Assembly: GCA_965153455.1 (NCBI GenBank) | Contig: OZ234494.1 | Span: 124,001 to 188,000, forward strand | DNA: 64,000 bases | Direction of reading: 5' to 3' | From: Sphagnum compactum | Lineage: Eukaryota | The notes under the pieces: generated by a model | What the model saw: the letters and a program-made list of their open reading frames with translations, nothing else | What the model was told of the DNA's origin: nothing | Databases searched by the model: none | Translations under genes and position numbers: made by a program | In this document: positions 49,316 to 61,919 of the stretch, in pieces | Position numbering within the stretch: the first letter of the stretch is position 1 | Layout of the letters: every line of letters starts with the position of its first letter

Positions 49316-52300
49316 ATGGAGCTGCAATCAGACGTGGACTTTCTGGGTTTTCTGGGTTTGGGAGACTTCTCTGTGTCTGGTGAAGTTGTCAGTGTCTTCG
49401 ATAAAGATGACATTCGGAAGCACTTCGAGAATTTATGTGCAAAAGTTGGTGTGGAATGCAAGGAACATCTTTCCCGTGCACAAGCAGCTACACAAATAAG
49501 AGATTGGGATGTAGCATATTCAGAGTGGTCAAGTTGCAGAGATGCCATCTTGTGTTCAGAAGGTCTGTTAGATAGAGATGATCGGCCTTGGTTATTGGGT
49601 TGTCAAGCACTTGTGTTGGCCAATCTCTCGGCATTTCATTCAATGAATTTTGGACATGCTTTAACACATGCAATAGCAGCTTCCAAGGCACGGGATGAAG
49701 TTCAAAATGTGTTAGAAGCACTAGATTTTAAATCTTATGTGGAGCCTACTTTGTTGAAGGTGATGTACCTGTGGGCTTCAACCTCAGGTTGTGATGAAGA
49801 GGGGTTGGACCCTGATGTGAAAGCATTTGTGATTGATGCACTAAGAGATTCAGTGTCTGATTCTGAGGTCAGCAGAACACTGAAGCAGCAGTGCAAGGAT
49901 TTTGTACTCGACAAATCTGAGTCTGTAATATGGGAAGTCCAAAAATGCTTTAGCCGGAGAGAAGAGCGTTTGCGATGGGCACGTATAGGCAACGGGGTTT
50001 ACGAAGACAGGTATCCTGGCAAGGTGGATTATGTATCCAAAGCTAATGAGGCATACACATTGTTTTTGCCAGGGACTTTCGAGGAAGCTTCAAAAGTTTT
50101 TGAAGAAATAAGCTATAGTTTGGATCTGGAGCCATGGAAAGCAAACGTCAGGGAAGTTGATCCAGCAGCACGGTACTGCACTCTTGAATATGCTTTTTTT
50201 ATTCACCAGTTGCTGTGCACTTGTTATAATCAGATGGCACTTTTTCAACCATGTGGAGAAAAATACATTGGACTTGCAAGCCAGGAGACAGAGAAGTGTC
50301 AATCACTTTGGACCCAAATCAAATTGGAGAATAAAAACAAATTTTCATCTGCAAGAGAACGTCTAGCAGAAGCCATGAAGTATGCACCAAACAAGTAAAG
50401 AGAACACATACCTTACATGTCTATCATGATGTTGGTTATTTGTTGTTGTCAGTGTAGACATTATTTATCTCTATGCAAAGTGTGTGGGCATGTAAAAAGA
50501 TGGTTATAGTTTGAATTTTCTTCGATGCTTGCATTTTCATATGTATTTGGGCAGAGGCAATGACGTGCCCACCTTGGTTGCAGGTGGGAGGAACGTTATG
50601 AGAAGTGTTTTGGAACGTCTCAGGGCCAATCCATTTGGGATCACTCAGATGAGCTTCGATTTCTTAATGAATATCATACATTCTTCAAAACTCAATATAG
50701 GCAGAGCTATGAAAGTGGCTTGCCAGATGAAAGCCACTTCTCAAATGCAGAGTCATGTGCAATGAAGTTGCTGGATCCAGACTTTAAATCTCCGTTTTCT
50801 CTTTCCCATGCGCAAAATTCTACCTTCGTGAAACTGGTTCGACTGTATCATGAGAAGGACAGACAAGTTATGTTTTTGAAGCGATCTTCAAATATGGTGG
50901 ATGTAAACCCAGAGAAAACTCCCCCAATACTTCATTACGCGAGAAAGGCTATCAAGTACTATGTGGAAATATTGATCCAACAAACAAATCGCGATGATTA
51001 TTGGATAACTGCACAAGAGTTCCGTAAAGATGTATACTACATGTTGCAATTTCATAATTTTGCAGTATGGATTGCAAACCATGGTTGCACTCTTGATAGC
51101 ACATGTGACATGGAATTTCCAGGCAGGTTGCAAGAACTTTGGAACCGGTCCTTGAGGCCAGAAGGAGCAATTGCAGAGTCCTCACTGTCGCAAGAAATTT
51201 GGAAACAGTCTTTGATGTGGGCAGAATGGCGACTTGCCAAGATCATTTATTTTCAGCTTCCTCCCAACATGTCATCGGCATCTGCCATGGAGCAGCTTGG
51301 TGAGTTTGACCTTAAAGATGATGTGGCCTGGAATACTCTCAAGTCTAGTCGAGCTTCTTGCGGACCAGGTACTGTTGTACTGGAATATTTTCTCTCAGAA
51401 GGAAACGATCTCCAATTTGTTTATGTTATGACAAAGGTTTGTTCTGAACTTACACCATTTATTGTTAAGATGAAATCTTGTCAACTGCATAAACATTTGT
51501 CATGAATGTTCTTTTCAAGGGTGGAAAATTTGAGTTTCAGAAATTTTGATTATTGCTCAGAAATTTTTGGCATTCATCCTCAGGGATGAGGTCTAGGACT
51601 GTTGAGAAAAAAAAAAGTTAGGATTTCACACCTGCATGTAATGGTCTTGATTCAACCCAAAATTGCAATGTTAGGAGGATGAGGTTTTCATGCAAATCCT
51701 GAAGATAAATGAGTTCGAAGAAATTTTGCGGGACACCTTGGAACTGTTGAGAGAATTGTTTAAGAGGTTTTCTGGAGGGTCAACTGAAGATCAAAGAAAA
51801 ACCGTGGACGGATTATTGGAAACACTGTATGAGATTTTCATCAGCCCTGTTGGGAATCTATTGGATGACATGGAGAAAGAGGATAAATTGATAATTGTTG
51901 CACCTGAGGTATGACACTCAAAATCTTGGTGTGGAAGTTTGGTTTGTGTTGACTTGCTTCGACTGAGAACATGTGTCACCCAAAGAGATTCGTGTTGTCC
52001 AATTGAAAATACATCAATGGAACAGTGAAGCCTTCTTTTCGGGTAGAAGCACTTCAAGGACTGGAGTTTGTGATCTCGTCCTTGCTAACAGGTTTGTCGA
52101 GGTTAAAGTCCATGAAACTGTTTAGTTCATTTTTTATTGTCACTTTATTTCTAACTGCAACATTTGTGTGTGCAGATACTCAGCGATATTCCATTTGGAG
52201 CTCTACGAAAGCCTAATTCTCCTGTAGGAGAAGGCTACCTTATTCAGAGCCATACCATAAGTGTTACACCATCATTGCGGATGCTTGAACATTGTAACCA

Positions 52301-55300
52301 ACGTCTGAAGAAACTGGATCAAAATGTCGAACTTGTTACAAAACCTGGAACTATAGTTGCGGTTGAAGACCCAACAGACAATCTGAAGTGGGGTGGTGAA
52401 GAGGTGAACTCCATCGAGGAGTTGTTCGGTAAAGAACATGTGAAGAAGTTGGTGGGACCTGAAGCAACTCCGTCTGAAGTTTTAAAGTGGGCAAAATATC
52501 CATCAGAAAATTGTGTGAAGCAGGTGGTCTTCCACATAGCAGCACATGCCATTGGACAAGATGATGGTCGAAAGGTCAAGAAGGGTGCCATTCTACTGGC
52601 TCGACCTGCTTCATCATCTCAGCAAAATTATGGTAAGCTTGAAATCTCCGGATTGCTAGTGATGGCAAAGGCTGACATGCAAACATACTGTTACATGCAT
52701 ATGGTTCGTAGCGGAACACAAATAGTTTGCCATGTATAGTAAGAAAATTGTCAGGAGAAGAAAATGTGCAATTTTGTGGCTCCAGTTTGGAATTTAAGAG
52801 ACTCTATTCCATGAGCAGGTACTGCAAAGCAAGGAGCCATGCTTCGAGCCCAAGATGATGGAGCTCTTGACTATGATGATACCCATGATGAAACTGAACT
52901 GGGAGACTTGTTCTCCATGGTGGATGTTAAAGAAGAAACTCAGATATCAAGCCACGGTGAAGTAGGGGAGACTCACACTGCAATTGTTGTCCCAATTTCC
53001 AAACATCTAGTTGGCATGCTTAAGTCAGAAGATATCAGTGGATGTGGATTTCAATGGGAAACTCACATGGTGGTTCTAAGTGGATGTGAGACTGTAAGAG
53101 GACAAATCACAGGAGAGGGAGTTTTGAACTTGCCTCGAGCTCTAATGTTTGCAGGGGTTCCATGTGTTGTTGTCTCACAATGGAAAGTGGGCGATTCATC
53201 TACTTGTGAGTTGATGAAAGGTTTTTATCGAGAACTGAGGAATGGAAAAGATGTATCCTCGTCTTTGCGTGGCGCCATGCTTAACATGATTAAAGATGGG
53301 GCCAAAGTTCATGAATGGGCCCCCTTTGTTGTTTGTGGTTTGCCTACGGTATGCCTTCCTACAGAATTACAAGCTGAAACCTCCTCATGTAAGGGTCATG
53401 TTTGCGGGACATCAAGTGACACAAAAGTTGAAAGAAGGTGGGCCCAAATTTGCATTTCGTCTAGCTTTTGTTTCCATTAAGCTGTTGTCTACAAATGTTA
53501 CATAGCACTTGAATGTCTTACATATGGAAAATCATACATATCTAATTGAGTTGTTTATACCACTATTATGCCTTAAAATATTGTGTAAACAAAAACTTAG
53601 TGTATTAAGTGAGGGGGTTAAAAGAAAATGATTGGTTATTGCAATTAAAATTAGTGGAGTGTCGTTCCCAAAATTGTTGGTTAACCGATTTATGGGTTGG
53701 TGGGTAGATTCAAGGATGTGAAAGTGAAACCATTGGCCCTAGAAAGCAGCCATATCACTCGCGTCTTTGAACCGATACCTTCAAAAAAATCAAACCCATA
53801 CTTTGCGGAAGTAACAGTAGATGTGGTGCATGAGGATGAAGATAAGGATGACAAGGTCATTATGAGTGGGCATCAACTGCTAGATTCACATAATGGAGGA
53901 AACTCAATCAAGGTGGTTGGAAGACATGATAAGATGGGAAATGCTTATGAGTTTTTCTTCCAATCAGCAAAATGCATGAGCAAGATTGTAGGAGTGGGAT
54001 TGGAGTGGGGAAAGGTGGTTGTCTCCATAGATTTAAGAGTCAACGTGTGGTCTATAAATGAAAATGCATGGCGAGACGCATGGCACCAAGTGAAAGAAGA
54101 TGTTGTAATGTTGAGCATTGACCTTGCAAACATTAGAAAGGAAGGGCTCAACATTTACAACTTAACAGCAGAGGAAGCATCAAAGAAGTTTGGGGTTGGT
54201 GTACATCCACAGGGGCCTGATCATAATGATGGTGGAGCAAATGCATTTTTTGTTGAGGAGCAGCGAAAAGATGTTGCATTCTATCCCCTCATATGGAAGC
54301 TCGCAGATTACATGGCTTGGAATTGTAAGCAACATGCAGGATCTGAATCTAGAAACAGTGGAGCTCCCTCTTTGTCGGCAATTAGGGGAACCACAACTAG
54401 CTCTCAATCCAAAGGATCCTCATCCAATAATCAAGCTGGAGATGATGTTGTTGATAATTCTGGGGCTCCTGCAAACCTGTGTGATGTTTCCTCTAATGTT
54501 GCAATAGACCCAAAGAAGGGCAAAACCTTGATTGTAACTGTCCATCTACCCGCAGAAGAAATTTGCAACCCACAAAATATGGCTGAATCACAGTTTGATG
54601 ATCGAATCAAAACTGCATCTATCTACGCTAACTTGGAGTTTAAATTTGAGTTGCTTCAAGATGACGCAATCAGGAAAATAACGATCCAAACTCAGACACA
54701 CTGCAACCTTGGGAATAGTGAACCAGAATCCAAGGATAGAGAATACCTTGGGTATTACCAAAAGCAGATCAAAATCTCCTTGAGTTGTACTGGAAAGAAG
54801 ACTGATGGATCAAAGGCGGCACGGATTAAGGATAAAGTAACAATCCCCAATTCTGAAAATATAACAAGGAGTGAATGTCACACATACGGTAACTCAGAAT
54901 CTTGTGCCAGGCAAAAGTCTGACCAAATTACTGCAAAATTAACAGTTCCTGTGCACATGGTGAATCTTGGGACTACTATTCAAGCAGGTCGAAATCAGAC
55001 AAACACTTCGGAAAATTCTACATTACATGCAAGTACCTCTGAGGTGACTATTGCCAATTATGGATCTGGATATGAGTGGACCCAGAGGGAACAAGAAGCA
55101 TCCTGGAAGTGCAGATTTTTATCTAAGCACAAGGTCTTGGACAACATAAAGCAAGGAGATGATGGGGCCTACGAAAAGCTCGAGAGCTCTAGCATTTTTG
55201 ATACATTGTGGCCAATCATTGTATCCTCGTGGGTTAACTTAGATGATAAACATGAGGCCTGCCCCTATGAACTTAAGATTGAACGAGATATCATTTTAAT

Positions 55301-55622
55301 CCAAGATGAAATCAAACGTCGATCCATCGAAGTCATCCAAGATCATGCTCGAACATCAACATTTGTTCCAACACCAGAACCAAAGTTTCAACACTCTTGT
55401 TGCTTTTGGAAGAAAAAACAAACCCTGGCAGCTTCGCCAGAGATCATCACACAAAGTCAAAATCTGCCACAAGTGTATGAAAAAACAATGTGTGTAAACA
55501 TTGCAATGACACATGTCATACATGAATATAAGCACTTGGAACTGTGTGGTCAAGAGAACAAGGCCACTGGAATAACAATTGGTGTGCAGGATCCACCGCA
55601 AGGTAATGCAGAAACAGGATAG
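49316..55622 (+). CDS. Intact 6-exon gene (~1718 aa): helical/TPR-like N-terminus, CHAT caspase-like protease, C-terminal beta-rich putative pore-forming domain
   Basis: Exons 49316-50394, 50584-51436, 51675-51908, 52176-52632, 52819-53437 and 53708-55622. All introns are GT-AG with matching phases (2,0,0,1,2), giving 5157 nt open. CHAT motifs: VVLEYF, LYEIFISP, LIIVAPE-ILSDIPFGAL, YLIQSHTISVTPSL, EEV..I, ATPSEV, FHIAAHA, VVLSGCET, GEGVLNLPRALMFAGVPCVVVSQWKVGD, WAPFVVCG. A tiny alternative last exon at 55680-55687 is possible. Confidence 0.85.
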
Positions 55623-56347
55623 ATGTTAAGTTATATCATAATTTTGACTATTTTTAATTATACACATCTCATCTTACAGGTGTTTAGTGTACACTAATTT
55701 ATGTTGTGTAGTGGGAATGTTCATAACAATAATATTTTAGTACTTCCACCAAGCTATGGTATTTATGTTTTTTTCATGTTGTTACTATTAGTGAGCCACT
55801 TGTTGGCAAAACTGAAGTACATATGTGTTTCCTATGGTTCTAAACTTGCTCTAGTATACCATTGTGTACAATTGTGTACAATTAGAGCATTGCCAATGCT
55901 AGCAATACATTTCAATATATTATGACCAGACTCACCTAAATTGAGATTGGTGGGTCATATTTTGAGCTTAAGCAAAATTATGCTATGAGCTGTTGTCATG
56001 GGAAAATATTGGCTCGTTACCTGGCTGATACTGAAATAGGTGTAGGTTTCATTATAGTGATGATGATAGTCGGAACTGGTTTATATAGACCAGGTAGAGG
56101 GTTTTATGTTGTCACTAAGACAATTACATCATGGTCGTTGACCATGACAATTACAAATGGTCACCTGGTTGACAATTGTGCTAGAATGACCATTTTCGAC
56201 TATAATGTGCCGAAATGATGGAATTTTGGACCATTTTTTCTCGTCGTTTTCCAGAAGCTTTCTTTATTACCGAATGTATATGCTGTATATGGTTTCCTGA
56301 ATTTTCACAAAGATTTGTATTGTGATGACGTTTTTTGAACTTTGTAG

Positions 56348-56699
56348 TTGAAGAGTCGACGGGAAATGCTACTGGAGTACGTGCAGAATGTCCAACCTGA
56401 ATTCATGGAGCGCTTTATCAAGGGAGCTCCAAACCAGGTGCAGGATTTCCTCTGTTGTTTGGCCAACCAGATTGATCTTATGCATAATTCTCAGCAAGAT
56501 GTATGAATTCGCCCATGCAGAGAATGCATTGACAAACACACAAGTGCATGTTTGACTTGTAGAAAAGCCACATAAAAAGAAATATCTTGTAATCAGAAGA
56601 TGTACATTGATGTAATTGTCAAACCTTTTGCTTAAAAGCATTTTGTGTTTCTGAGAGCAGGTGGTGGAGGTGATGCGTCAGACTGTGATTTACATGCTC
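56348..56699 (+). pseudogene. Two-exon fragment of a plant DUF760 family gene
   Basis: LKSRREMLLEYVQNVQPEFMERFIKGAPNQ (56348-56437) followed by VVEVMRQTV.YML (from 56661), matching LLEYV..VQPEFME.F...AP.QVVDAMRQTV. Similarity is lost after ~56700. Confidence 0.75.
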
Positions 56700-57955
56700 T
56701 ACTTTATTCACCCCCGGAGGAGAACCCCTTTTGCTTGACAAACCTGTTACTGGATGGACATCCTCAAAAGCTGCCTTGCAGTCCAAAAGGGAAGGGCTAA
56801 CACAGGGCAAGCTGGACTCATCAATGTATAGATCAACAAGTCCAGGATTGCAGATGGAGGTGACCAGCAAACCAAGGATGAGGTAAGTAGAGTCAAGATT
56901 GGCATTCTTGACAGATGTCTTCAAAAAATCGTCTGGCATTGCAGTTCTTGAGAGAGATTGAGGCTGGTCCCTTTGCCTTGGTTGAATGAGGCTGCTGAGC
57001 ACAAGCTTGTGCATTAATTTGGACAATTATCACTGGGTGCGCTAGTGGTGAGTAGGCAAACTTGAGAGATTGTGTGGAGGAGTTGCGCAAAGTAGTGAAG
57101 GCTGCAAAGCATAATCGCCAAGCTGCAATGTGTGCTCTTGCTGAGGAACAACATCCGAGTCTTGAGCTTTTTTGTGGATTTTTTTCTATAATCTCATGGA
57201 TATTTAGGACAGAAACTTAGCCTGTCTACATCAGCTCTTCAACCTTGCTTGGTGTTCTAGGGGTGTGAGAAAAGGGTGATTGCCTTTCTTCCTGATGCTA
57301 AATGTCTAGGTGGGTGGCTTTTAGAAAGGAGTAGCAGCTGCTCTGGAGGAGGTGGTTCAGGTTTTAAAGGTGATTATTTTCCCTGGTCCTGTGGAAGCCA
57401 GTATAGATTCTGGCATATAGATTTCTCTTTGGATGCCAGTGCATGAAGAGTTTATTTTAGCTACCTGTATTCTTTGTGGGACTAGCATTTAACACTCCTT
57501 GTGCATTGTTTTGGGGCAGTAGTTCATACAGTACACTCAGATGCTTGTGTTTTGGTGATGTTGCTGAGCCAACTGTGATAGCACAAAATTCTGGAGGGAG
57601 TTGTTTCCTTGTATTTGTTTTGAAGTTGAACAGATGCTTTGTGTCTCTCAGAGCTGAATGTCTGACACTTTTGTGAGTGACTCAAGCACACTCAAGTGTC
57701 ATGTTACCTTTCGAAGTGTTGTTGTGTCTCACTTTCTAACATGGTCACCCTGCCTTGGCCAAGAACTGTACTTTGAATCCTCAGCCATTATGGTTGAGAG
57801 GAAAATGGCATAATTTGGTACAGTGGAAGGAGTGTAAGCTTCTGGGTTTTGGCACTAGATTCGCAAGCTGTCTGAAAAAAGAAAAAAGAATTGGAGCTGT
57901 ATTTGAACAATCTCTGTTAAGCTTAATCTACTCTGGTCATGGTTGTAGATCAACA

Positions 57956-60260
57956 ATGCAAGGAGTAAGAGACGTCATGCTTGGATTATGTTTGGCATTG
58001 TGTTTGGCACATTGTTGGGGGTTTCTTTGATCTTGATCTCAGGAATTGATCAGCATCTTGCATGCGGAAAGAGTTCCCTTGCTGTGCTTTGCAAATCAGG
58101 ATCAACTGTGCAAAGGCAAACACCCTTGAATTTTTGAGCGGTTGGTGACTGGGGTCGAAATGGGCTTTACAACCAGTTGCTGGTGGCAGAGCAGGTAACC
58201 TGGGGGAGTTTGTTATATGTACCATCTGAATGATGAGATTATTTTCTGTTTGCTTTTTTTTCTTTTATGTGTACTCCACTGAGTAGTGTGTTGTACACAA
58301 CAGATGGGGAATGTGGGAGTCTGACACAATGTTAACTTCATAATATCCACTGGAGACAATTGCTATGAAAATGGATTGACTGGTCCAGATGATGAACAAT
58401 TTAGCACTTCATTCTCAAATATCTACACACAGAAAAGCTTGCAGACCACTTGGTACTCAGGTAATATTGTGTTTCCAGTTGGCAGATGCCGAAGGTTGGG
58501 GATCTATGCACTGTGATTGTTTTGAATTCATGCTATAGACTGTAGGATGTCAGGACATTATTTTATGTTAAAGTGACAAACTGTACTTGCAGGATTTGGA
58601 TTCCAGTGCTGGGTAATCATGATTATCATGGGAATGTAAGTGCTCAAGTGGACCAGAAAGTTACTTTCCGTGACCCTAGGTAGAATTGCCACAGCAATTT
58701 CCAACTTATCCATGACCTTGGCAACACACCTCAAGGTATCTGCACAACATATTATGAAGTGCTTGTAGTCAGTTTATCATGGAATTGGAACTCTATTTTC
58801 GTGTCTCCACTTCACTCTGGCAGCATCTTTTTTCGTTTGTGTCACTTTAGATCATGGATTTTCAACTTTTATTGTGATATTGATTAGAATGTACTGGCTC
58901 ATCCTCAGATTGCCTTTTTTAGGGGTGACAATTTGGTTTTGGGAGATAACTAGGATCAACAGGTTTTCTTGTTAGGGTGAAAGTAGGAACTAAGCACAGG
59001 TTGTTTGTATAACCCAGTTTTGCTGTGTCCTAAGCCAGGTTGTTCTGCTGTATCTGACCTACAGGGGAAGCAGCAAAGGTGGAATTTTTCTTCATTGACA
59101 CCAACCCATTTGTAGAGGAATACGGGACAACGAAAAGCTTATATGCCTGGCAGTTGCCAATTTTTCAAAAAGATTATATTATGGAGGAGCTCATGGTGCC
59201 TGCTCTATGCATTGACTCTCATAGAGATAGATAGTGAGTTGCTACAATTGCATTTAAAGTCCTGTTGGAGGATTCTTGGTTTCGAGTTCAGCTATTAAGC
59301 ATAATCCCAGCATTGGCTGTGTATTGCAGGATTTGACAAATGCATTAACAGCTTCAACAGCCAAGTGGAAGATTGTGATTGGGCACCATACAATGTAGAG
59401 TATGGGTACTCATGGCGATACTCTGGAGCTCCTTCAAGCTGTACTTCCAATCCTCGAGGTGTGAAGTTTTATTTTCCAACATTTGTAGATGTACTGTACT
59501 GCTTTAGAGTTCTGTCATGGTCTCTCAGGTTACTGAACTGTTAGGTATCCTTTGTTGTTCTTAAGATTATTGTTGGCAATATCTCTCACTTAATTGTTTT
59601 GGTGAAGAGGACTTTCTTACTGGATTGTTCTGCATACTCTATTTATCTGCCCTCTCCAGACAAGTTTTAGATCCAAGAAATAAAGAATCATAAACCAACA
59701 TTTAATATTCAGGCCACTGAGGCAAACTAATTTCATATTGCTAAGTACATGCTTGGATTTATCTATGCATCCAGGCAAATGTTGTGGACTTGTACATAGA
59801 TGGTCATGGTCACTGCATGCAACATATCAAGTGTACTGATATGTATTTCTTGAGTGCTCTTTTTGATGTTGACACATTACGACTTCCTCCAGGAAATGCT
59901 TTTATCATTTGTTCACAATAAGTGCAACATGTAAACTTATTTGCCTGTTTCATATAAACCATAATGGTGTACTGTGACCATTTAGTACACTACAGTTTCC
60001 TTTGACAAGAAGTATCATTCTTTGGATATAGGTGTGGTGAATGCATGTGCTGTTTTTGTTGTATGCAGCCCAGTGCACTTCCTAACAAGTGGAGGTGGCT
60101 CAAAAAGCTTGGAGAGGTACCAACCACATATTAATGCAGAGGAAGATTTTAGCCTGCGATTCTACTATGATGGGGCCAGGGATTTGCAGCTGTTGCTATG
60201 CTGCCAACAGAGGTTCGCATTGATTTGTATAATATCTCAGGTCAAGTCATGTACTCAATG
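57956..60260 (+). pseudogene. Purple acid phosphatase (small PAP3/7/8/17-type) pseudogene, 7 exons
   Basis: Signal-peptide-like start, then VGDWG, STGDNCY, VLGNHDY, FFFIDTNPF, WKIVIGHH, YIDGHGHC and FLTSGGGSK. Several in-frame stops and a frameshift. Confidence 0.9.
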
Positions 60261-60712
60261 AATCTCCAGAAAATTTAATTTTACGGATGTTTCTGTAGAG
60301 ATGAGAAAATGCCAAATATATCCAGTAACTTCTCTGGATTGATGATTTCCAGATAAAACATATACAAAGTTGGGCAAAAAACAAGGTATTTTGCTCAACT
60401 ACAGGGTTCTCTTTCAGAGTGTAGATCATTTGTGTCATGATGTTGGCAGCCAATGTTTTGAGAAGACAAAGACAAGCTCAAAGCTGTGTGTCTAAGTACT
60501 TTCACAAGTAGCTTCCAAATTTATGACCCAAGTGACAGTCCCTGAGAAGAAGATGGCAACTTGATAATAGGCTACTTGTTTAGCACAACTTATGGAACAA
60601 TACACTATATTTACTGCAGTTGCAAAACACTAACTTATAGTTTTGGTTTAGCTGATGGCTTTGACATCATGAGCAGCATAGATTGCCTGATACTTTGTTG
60701 ACTGTCTGGCAG

Positions 60713-61562
60713 ATTTCAATTGTGGCTTTAATCACAATGTCAGTGTTTCTCCAGACTAAATTGCACCCAAATTCTGTAAACAGTGGGATCCTGTATATTC
60801 GTGCCATGTTCTTTGGTCTTATAAATGTCTTGTTCAACGGGTTCATGGATATGGCATTGACTGTAATGTGCCTGCCAGTATTCTACAAGCAACGGGACAT
60901 GTTCCTTTATCCAACATGGGCATTTGTACTTCCTTCCTACTTTTTACGATTGCACTTGTCCATCTTTAAAACTTTTACCTGGATGATTCTGACATACTGA
61001 AATAATGAGAAATAAGATTGGAAATGCAGGCAATGTGAAGAATAGATCTCTTACAACATCATCTGGCAGCAATCCTCAGATTCCAGAGTAGTCAATTGAA
61101 CTTAACAGTATGTCATGAACTCCCATGTCTGATTTTTTCCTAACATTGGCATGGTATTGCTACATTGCATTTATGGTGAATGACCATAAACAACAACAGT
61201 TACAGTCCATATCCATGAGGTATCTTGATTGTTTTAAGAAAATGTGATATTTCGCATAATCAACCATCTTGCAGTCATCATGCTTCAAATAGTGATAACG
61301 GCAAATCACACATAGAGATCTGAATATAACATGACTGAGTTTATAGCCTGCTTGAACTCAACCATGTCAAATGCAAATTGTGTACAGGTTGCTCTTCAGT
61401 ATGTCACGGTGATCCAGTATTTCATCAGCAGGTGCAAATTCAGACCGGTCTGATGCAGTGGCTGAAGCAGATGTACTACTGCCCAAGAAGGGAATGGTTC
61501 TACCATTTCAGCCACTGTCCATTGCTTTCAACCATATAAACTACTTTATTGACATCCCTCCT
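60713..61562 (+). pseudogene. PDR/ABCG full-size ABC transporter fragment with internal deletion
   Basis: LPVFYKQRD..YPTWAF (TMD1) joins directly to the PDR_assoc region KKGMVLPFQPLSIAFNHINYFIDIP. Stops are present and flanking exons are missing. Confidence 0.85.
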
Positions 61563-61610
61563 GTAAGCTCTGCCTTCTACACTATAAGAAGGATCTACTC
61601 GTTCCTACTA

Positions 61611-61919
61611 CCGTACCGCCGCGCTCGTTTCACACCACCCGGTGCGAAATATTTAATTTTGGACGATTTTCATTTTCGCATCGACCCACAAATAATTAAT
61701 TACAATGGTCTGTCATTTCACACTTCAATGGGTCTGCCGGAATTGGGGCGGGCCGCGGTGATAATATATATTTGAGCGTTTTGCCTTTTCGCATTTACAC
61801 CGTAGAATTAATTAATTTTGTTTGTTTCACATTTCGCACTTCCCCCCTCAGAATTTTATTTTTTTTCACAGTACCCCTAAAATAATTAATACTGGTGTGA
61901 AACGAGCGCGGCGGTACGG
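61611..61919. mobile_element. Tc1/mariner-type MITE
   Basis: Perfect 27-bp TIRs CCGTACCGCCGCGCTCGTTTCACACCA (61611-61637 and 61893-61919), flanked by TA on both sides. Confidence 0.92.

Noticed and set aside
50511-50765. 84-aa ORF suggesting a frameshift in the CHAT gene
   Set aside because: Using the acceptor at 50583 puts exon 2 in the 50720 frame with correct phase, so no frameshift is needed.
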